From a bacterium (GTDB taxonomy: Bacteria; UBA8248): a stretch of DNA of 64,000 bases. Shown here piece after piece: positions 58,389 to 64,000 of this stretch. Location: assembly GCA_965203325.1 (NCBI GenBank), contig OZ241875.1, positions 2,688,001-2,752,000 on the forward strand, read 5' to 3'. The position numbers were made by a program, and so were the translations under genes. Position 1 is the stretch's first letter; each line of letters opens with the position of its first letter. The notes under the pieces were generated by a model, which was given only the letters and a program-made list of their open reading frames with translations, did not search any database and was not told the DNA's origin.

Positions 58389-59156
58389 ATGGCGCTGACA
58401 TCGAAAAGCATACTCTACATGGAAGACGTGTTCGTCGTCTTCGACGGCTTCAAGGCGCTGAACGCGCTCAACTTCAGCATGGACAGGGGGGAGCTTCGCT
58501 GCGTCATCGGCCCGAACGGCGCGGGGAAAACGACGCTTCTCGACGTCGTGACCGGCAAGGTGAAGCCCGACTCGGGGCGGGTGGTCTTCAAGGAGAAGAC
58601 CAACCTCGCGCGCATGCGCCAGGAGGAGATATCGAACGCTGGGATCGGCAGAAAATTCCAGACGCCGACGATTTACGAGAACCTGACGGTGCGCGATAAT
58701 CTCGAACTCTCCGTGAAGCAGGACAAGAAGGTGACATCGCTTCTATTCGGCGGGGCCTCGCCCGAGGCGCAAGAGCGCGTCGAGGAGACGCTCGACGTCA
58801 TCGGCCTCGCGTCCAAGAGCGGCTGGCGGGCCGGCCTGCTCGCCCACGGCGAGAAGCAGTGGCTCGAGATCGGCATGGTGGTGGTGCAGGACCCCGACCT
58901 GCTCCTCGTCGATGAGCCTGTGGCGGGCATGACGGAGGGGGAGACGGAGAAGACGGCGGCGCTTCTGAGGCGCATCGCCGAGCATCGCTCGGTCCTCGTC
59001 ATCGAGCACGACATGAAGTTCGTGCGCGAGATCGCCGAGCGCGTCACCGTGCTGCACGAGGGCGCGGTGATATGCGAGGGCTCCATCGACCACGTGCACA
59101 AGGACGAGCGGGTGGTCGAACTCTATCTGGGCAGGGGAAGCGAGGAACATGCTTAG
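58389..59156 (+). CDS. urtD: Urea ABC ATP-binding protein UrtD
   Basis: FDGFKA, GPNGAGKTT, GRKFQTP, HGEKQWLEIGM. Confidence 0.93.
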   Translation: MALTSKSILYMEDVFVVFDGFKALNALNFSMDRGELRCVIGPNGAGKTTLLDVVTGKVKPDSGRVVFKEKTNLARMRQEEISNAGIGRKFQTPTIYENLTVRDNLELSVKQDKKVTSLLFGGASPEAQERVEETLDVIGLASKSGWRAGLLAHGEKQWLEIGMVVVQDPDLLLVDEPVAGMTEGETEKTAALLRRIAEHRSVLVIEHDMKFVREIAERVTVLHEGAVICEGSIDHVHKDERVVELYLGRGSEEHA

Positions 59157-59844
59157 GGTGGACGGGCTGCACGCCTACTACGGGGAGAGCCACATTCTGC
59201 GCGGCCTCGACCTCGATGTGGGCCCCGGCGAAATCGCGGGCATCATCGGCAGAAACGGCATGGGCAAGACCACGTTCCTGAAATCCATCGTCGGTCTGCT
59301 CAGGCCCAAGCTCGGAAAAATCGAGTTCCTGGAGCGCGACATCACCGCGTCGAGGCCCGAGGCGCGCGCGAGGCTCGGCGTCGCCTACGTCCCCCAGGGA
59401 CGGGAGATATTCCCGCAGCTCAGCGTGCACGAGAATCTCCTGCTGGGGCTGGAAGCCCACCCCGAACGCCCCAGGTATTATGACGAGAGTGTTTTCGAGC
59501 TTTTTCCCGTCTTGAAGGAGATGCTCGGAAGAAAGGGAGGCGTGCTTAGCGGCGGCCAGCAGCAGCAACTCGCCATCGCCCGCGCCCTGGTGAGCGAACC
59601 CAGGCTCTTGCTGCTCGACGAGCCGACCGAGGGCATTCAGCCCTCCATTATCATGGACATCGAGAGCGTTCTGTGGAAGATCAAGGAACGCGGCGACGTG
59701 GGCATCATCTTGGTGGAGCAGTACCTGGAGTTCGCCTGGCGGCTTTCGGATCGATACTACGTGATGGAAAAAGGGGAATTCACGGCCACGGGAGAGGCGG
59801 AGGGCGAGTGCGACGCAGCGCTGCTCGACCGCCTGACCGCGTAG
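59149..59844 (+). CDS. urtE: Urea ABC ATP-binding protein UrtE
   Basis: [36 protein letters not shown]. Confidence 0.93.
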   Translation: MLRVDGLHAYYGESHILRGLDLDVGPGEIAGIIGRNGMGKTTFLKSIVGLLRPKLGKIEFLERDITASRPEARARLGVAYVPQGREIFPQLSVHENLLLGLEAHPERPRYYDESVFELFPVLKEMLGRKGGVLSGGQQQQLAIARALVSEPRLLLLDEPTEGIQPSIIMDIESVLWKIKERGDVGIILVEQYLEFAWRLSDRYYVMEKGEFTATGEAEGECDAALLDRLTA

Positions 59845-59878
59845 CCGCTCGCAGGAATTTTCTGACAGGAGGCAGGCA

Positions 59879-60184
59879 ATGCATCTGACCCCGAGGGAGC
59901 AGGAGAAGCTCCTCGTTTTCGTTGCGGCGGAGTTGGCGCAGAAGCGCCGCGCGCGGGGCCTCAAGCTCAATTACCCCGAAGCCGTCAGCATCATCACGGC
60001 CGAGGTGCTCGAAGGCGCGCGCGACGGCAAGTCCGTCGCCGAGCTGATGCGCTACGGCGCGACGATTCTCACGCGAGACGACGTCATGGAGGGCGTGCCC
60101 GAGATGATTCACGAGGTGCAGGTCGAGGGCACCTTCCCCGACGGCACCAAGCTCGTGACGGTGCACGACCCGATACGCGGCTGA
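59879..60184 (+). CDS. ureA: Urease subunit gamma
   Basis: [29 protein letters not shown]. Confidence 0.98.
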   Translation: MHLTPREQEKLLVFVAAELAQKRRARGLKLNYPEAVSIITAEVLEGARDGKSVAELMRYGATILTRDDVMEGVPEMIHEVQVEGTFPDGTKLVTVHDPIRG

Positions 60185-60194
60185 AGGAGAGGGC

Positions 60195-60566
60195 ATGATA
60201 CCTGGCGAATACATTCTGGCGGACGGCGAGATCGTCCTGAACGAAGGGCGCGAGACCGCCACGCTCCTCGTGGCGAACCGGGGCGACAGGCCCATCCAGG
60301 TGGGTTCGCACTTTCATTTTTTTGAAGTGAACCGCCTGCTCGATTTCGACAGGAAGGCGGCCTTCGGGATGCGGCTGGACATACCGGCGGGAACGGCCGT
60401 GCGCTTCGAGCCCGGCGACGAAAAAGAAGTGACGCTCGTCGCCTTCGCGGGCGCGCGCACCGCCATGGGGCTGAACGCGCTGACCGAAGGCGCGCTCGAT
60501 TCCGCCGCCGTGCGCGAGGGCGCGATGGAGAAAGCCCGAGCCGAGGGATACGGGGGGACGGACTGA
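60195..60566 (+). CDS. ureB: Urease subunit beta
   Basis: [27 protein letters not shown]. Confidence 0.98.
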   Translation: MIPGEYILADGEIVLNEGRETATLLVANRGDRPIQVGSHFHFFEVNRLLDFDRKAAFGMRLDIPAGTAVRFEPGDEKEVTLVAFAGARTAMGLNALTEGALDSAAVREGAMEKARAEGYGGTD

Positions 60567-62278
60567 TGGCATTTCGAATGGACAGGCGCGCCTACGCCGA
60601 TATGTTCGGCCCCACGGTGGGGGACAAGGTGCGCCTCGCGGACACCGGGCTTTTCATCGAGGTCGAAGAAGACCGCACCGTCTACGGCGATGAGTCGAAA
60701 TTCGGCGGCGGCAAGGTCATCAGGGACGGCATGGGGCAATCCCCCACCGAGACGCGCGAGGCCGACGCGCTCGACCTGCTCATCACGAACGCGCTGATCC
60801 TCGACTACTGGGGCGTGGTGAAGGCGGACGTAGGGATCAAGGACGGGAAGATCGCCGGGATCGGCAAGTCGGGCAACCCCCACCTGATGCAGGGGGTGGA
60901 CATGACTATCGGCGCCGCCACGGAAGTCCTGGCGGGCGAGGGGATGATACTCACCGCGGGCGGCATCGACACCCACATCCACTTCATCTGTCCCCAGCAG
61001 ATAGACGAGGCGCTCTCCTCGGGCGTCACCACCATGTTCGGCGGGGGAACCGGCCCTGCGACGGGCACGAACGCCACCACATGCACCCCGGGGGCGTGGA
61101 ACATCGCCCGGATGCTCCAGGCGGCGGAGGCCTACCCCATGAACCTGGGCTTCCTGGGCAAGGGGAACGCCTCGCGCGCAGAGCCCTTGGTCGAGCAGAT
61201 CCGCGCGGGCGCGGTGGGCCTGAAACTCCATGAGGACTGGGGAACCACGCCCGCAGCGATCGATTGCTGCCTCGGCGTGGCGGAAGACATGGACGTGCAG
61301 GTGTGCATCCACACCGATACGCTCAACGAGTCGGGCTTCGTCGAGACCTCCATCGCCGCGTTCAAGGGCCGGACCATCCACACCTATCACACCGAAGGGG
61401 CGGGCGGCGGCCATGCGCCCGACATCATCCGCGTGTGCGGGGAGGCGGGTGTGCTGCCCTCCTCGACGAACCCCACGCGGCCCTTCACGGTGAACACGGT
61501 GGACGAGCATCTCGACATGCTCATGGTGTGCCACCATCTCGACAGCAAGATTCCAGAGGACGTGGCCTTCGCCGAATCGAGAATCCGGGCGGAGACCATC
61601 GCGGCCGAGGACATTCTCCACGACATGGGCGCTTTCAGCATGATGGGCTCGGACTCCCAGGCCATGGGCCGCGTGGGCGAGGTGGTCATCCGCACCTGGC
61701 AGACGGCGGACAAGATGAAGCGCCAGCGCGGCGCGCTGGCCGAGGAAAGCGGCGCGAACGACAACTTCCGCGCCAAGCGCTACGTGGCGAAATACACCAT
61801 CAACCCCGCGGTCGCGCACGGGATTTCCGATTACGTCGGCTCTATCGAAGTCGGCAAGATGGCCGACCTGGTGCTCTGGAAGCCCGCCTTTTTCGGCGTG
61901 AAGCCCGAAGTCGTCGTGAAGGGCGGCTTCATCGCCCATGCGGCGATGGGCGATCCCAACGCCTCCATCCCCACTCCACAGCCCGTTCTGGGCCGGCCCA
62001 TGTTCGGTTCGATGGGACGCGCGGTCGGCCCGACCTCTTACACTTTTGTCTCTCAGGCGGCGGCGGAAGATCGACTGGGCGAAGCGCTGGGTCTCACCAA
62101 GATCGTAGCGCCCGTCTCGAACTGCCGCGCGATCGGGAAAAAAGACATGCGGCTGAACGACGCCCTGCCTGACATCGAGGTCGATCCCGAAACCTACGTG
62201 GTGAGGGCGGACGGGGAGACGCTCACGTGTGAACCCGCCGAGGTGCTCCCCATGGCGCAGCGGTATTTTCTGTTCTAG
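60566..62278 (+). CDS. ureC: Urease subunit alpha
   Basis: [33 protein letters not shown]. Confidence 0.98.
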   Translation: MAFRMDRRAYADMFGPTVGDKVRLADTGLFIEVEEDRTVYGDESKFGGGKVIRDGMGQSPTETREADALDLLITNALILDYWGVVKADVGIKDGKIAGIGKSGNPHLMQGVDMTIGAATEVLAGEGMILTAGGIDTHIHFICPQQIDEALSSGVTTMFGGGTGPATGTNATTCTPGAWNIARMLQAAEAYPMNLGFLGKGNASRAEPLVEQIRAGAVGLKLHEDWGTTPAAIDCCLGVAEDMDVQVCIHTDTLNESGFVETSIAAFKGRTIHTYHTEGAGGGHAPDIIRVCGEAGVLPSSTNPTRPFTVNTVDEHLDMLMVCHHLDSKIPEDVAFAESRIRAETIAAEDILHDMGAFSMMGSDSQAMGRVGEVVIRTWQTADKMKRQRGALAEESGANDNFRAKRYVAKYTINPAVAHGISDYVGSIEVGKMADLVLWKPAFFGVKPEVVVKGGFIAHAAMGDPNASIPTPQPVLGRPMFGSMGRAVGPTSYTFVSQAAAEDRLGEALGLTKIVAPVSNCRAIGKKDMRLNDALPDIEVDPETYVVRADGETLTCEPAEVLPMAQRYFLF

Positions 62279-62287
62279 GAGGCGGCG

Positions 62288-62731
62288 GTGATCCTCGTCG
62301 AAGAAATTCGGGGCAGGCTCTCCTCCGATGAGAGCAGGCGCGTCGAGCGCGTGGCCCTGGGCTGGGAGGACAGGCTCAGGAGCCGCCAGCGCGTGCGCAC
62401 AGATTCGGGCACCGAAATCGGCGTGAAACTGCCGACCGGACAGCCTCTGAAGGAGGGCGACGTTCTCTTCGAGGATGAAGAGCGTGTGGTGGTCGTCGCC
62501 GCGATCCCCGAAGACGTGCTCGTCCTCTACGCGGATTCACCTTTCGAGATGGGCCGGCTTTGCTATCAGGTGGGAAACCGCCACGCGCCGATCTGCGTTC
62601 AGGACGGCCGCGTCCTCACGCCCTACGACTCCGTGCTGGAGGCGTATTTCGTCAAGATGGGCGTCAGGTGCGAGAAGGCGAAAGAACCCTTCACGCACGA
62701 TTTCGGCGCCTTTCACTCACACCACCACTAG
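62288..62731 (+). CDS. ureE: Urease accessory protein UreE
   Basis: GDVL, GNRH, C-terminal HSHHH. Confidence 0.9.
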   Translation: MILVEEIRGRLSSDESRRVERVALGWEDRLRSRQRVRTDSGTEIGVKLPTGQPLKEGDVLFEDEERVVVVAAIPEDVLVLYADSPFEMGRLCYQVGNRHAPICVQDGRVLTPYDSVLEAYFVKMGVRCEKAKEPFTHDFGAFHSHHH

Positions 62732-62734
62732 AAG

Positions 62735-63415
62735 ATGAGCGCCTACCGGCTCCTGCAGATTTCGGATTCCGCGTTTCCGCGCGGCGCCTTCGCCCATTCC
62801 TACGGGCTGGAGACCTACGTGGCGGAAGGGGCCATCGCCTCAGCGGCGGAGCTCGAAGAATTCATCGCCTCCGTCCTGCGCCACGGCGTGGCGACGCTCG
62901 ACGGCGTTTATCTGCGCGAAGCGTTTCTGGCGAAAGGGGAGGACGACCTGCCGAAAGTCCTTGCGCTCGACGCCGCCTACGACGCCGCGCGGCCCGTGAA
63001 ACCCTTGCGCGATGCGAGCCGGAGCGTGGGTCGCCAGTTCCTGCGCACGGCGCGGGGTTTCATAAGGGATACTTTGCTGGACGAGTTGGAAGAGGAGGCA
63101 AGGGTGGATCGGACTTCCGGTCACTATCCGATAGCCCTTGGCTGCGTCGCCGAGGCCTTGGGCCTGGCTTGTGAAGAGGCCCTCGAATCGCTTTGCTACG
63201 GCGTCGTCTCCGGCCTGGTCTCCGCCGCGGTGCGGCTGGTCCCGCTCGGACAAACCGAGGGCCAGCGCGTCATCTCGAATCTGGAAGGCGCGGTTCACGA
63301 GGCGGTCGAGACGGCTACTGCGCTTTCTTTGGAAGACGCGCACTCCTGGGGTCCGGGGCACGAGATAAGGGCCATGACGCACCGGAGGCTTCACACGCGA
63401 TTGTTCGTTTCTTGA
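62735..63415 (+). CDS. ureF: Urease accessory protein UreF
   Basis: [28 protein letters not shown]. Confidence 0.95.
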   Translation: MSAYRLLQISDSAFPRGAFAHSYGLETYVAEGAIASAAELEEFIASVLRHGVATLDGVYLREAFLAKGEDDLPKVLALDAAYDAARPVKPLRDASRSVGRQFLRTARGFIRDTLLDELEEEARVDRTSGHYPIALGCVAEALGLACEEALESLCYGVVSGLVSAAVRLVPLGQTEGQRVISNLEGAVHEAVETATALSLEDAHSWGPGHEIRAMTHRRLHTRLFVS

Positions 63416-63426
63416 CGAGGAGGACG

Positions 63427-64000
63427 ATGATGGATAAGGCGCCCGTAAAGATAGGCGTGGGCGGGCCGGTTGGCTCCGGCAAGACGGCCCTGGTGGACAG
63501 GCTTTGCAAGCGGATGCGCGATACATACGCCATCGCCGTCGTGACGAACGACATCTACACGAAAGAGGACGCGGAGTTCCTGACGCGGAGCGGCGCGCTC
63601 GCGCCCGAGCGGATATCGGGCGTGGAGACGGGCGGGTGTCCCCATACGGCGATCCGCGAGGACATATCCCTGAACCGAGAAGCCATGGAGATTCTCGCGC
63701 GCGATTTCGATCCGCTGGACATCATTTTCGTGGAAAGCGGGGGCGACAACCTCGCCGCCACCTTCAGTCCCGAACTCGTGGACGCGTCGATCTACGTCAT
63801 CGACGTGTCTGCGGGGGACAAGATTCCCCGGAAGGGCGGTCCCGGCATCACGCGCTCCGAACTCCTGCTGATCAACAAGATAGACCTGGCCCCGCTCGTG
63901 GGCGCGAGCCTCGAAGTCATGGACCGCGACGCGCGCAAGATGCGCGGCGAGCGCCCGTTTCTGTTCACGAACCTCAAAGCCGAGCAGGGCCTGGACGAGG
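63427..64000 (+). CDS. ureG: Urease accessory GTPase UreG (3' end outside the window)
   Basis: Read from the [46 protein letters not shown]. Confidence 0.96.
   Translation, partial: MMDKAPVKIGVGGPVGSGKTALVDRLCKRMRDTYAIAVVTNDIYTKEDAEFLTRSGALAPERISGVETGGCPHTAIREDISLNREAMEILARDFDPLDIIFVESGGDNLAATFSPELVDASIYVIDVSAGDKIPRKGGPGITRSELLLINKIDLAPLVGASLEVMDRDARKMRGERPFLFTNLKAEQGLDE

Noticed and set aside
59879..64000. Apparent absence of ureD
   Set aside because: The window ends inside ureG, and the order ureABCEFGD is common, so ureD may follow.

Overview
High-GC bacterial chromosome segment, about 55 CDS, dominated by nutrient uptake and catabolism. In order: the end of a phosphate operon (pstC-pstA-pstB-phoU); a PanE-like reductase; a peptide-family ABC system with no local ATPase; a TRAP system with convergent dctP and dctQM; a catabolic cluster (Zn-dehydrogenase, RraA-like protein, hydantoinase/oxoprolinase B and A, LLM oxidoreductase, aminobenzoate-CoA ligase-like), interrupted by a membrane-anchored protein made of 18-residue repeats; an intact IS1182-family element; a NitT/TauT ABC system; an accessory island with two GT25 glycosyltransferases and two methyltransferases; two tripartite tricarboxylate transporters; a Liv-type ABC system with LLM, transglutaminase-like, ALDH and MetE-like genes; Hsp20; a divergent MmgE/PrpD protein; and urtABCDE-ureABCEFG (cut at the right edge). 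I saw no rRNA, tRNA or CRISPR array. The most unusual signal is non-coding. Two ~270-bp elements carry ends resembling those of the resident IS1182 (one has a 5-bp target duplication) and contain REP-like palindromes. The same GTAG-type REPs also bracket a low-GC cargo gene, and the IS itself sits inside one of these elements. Product calls come from motif recognition only; no database searches were run.
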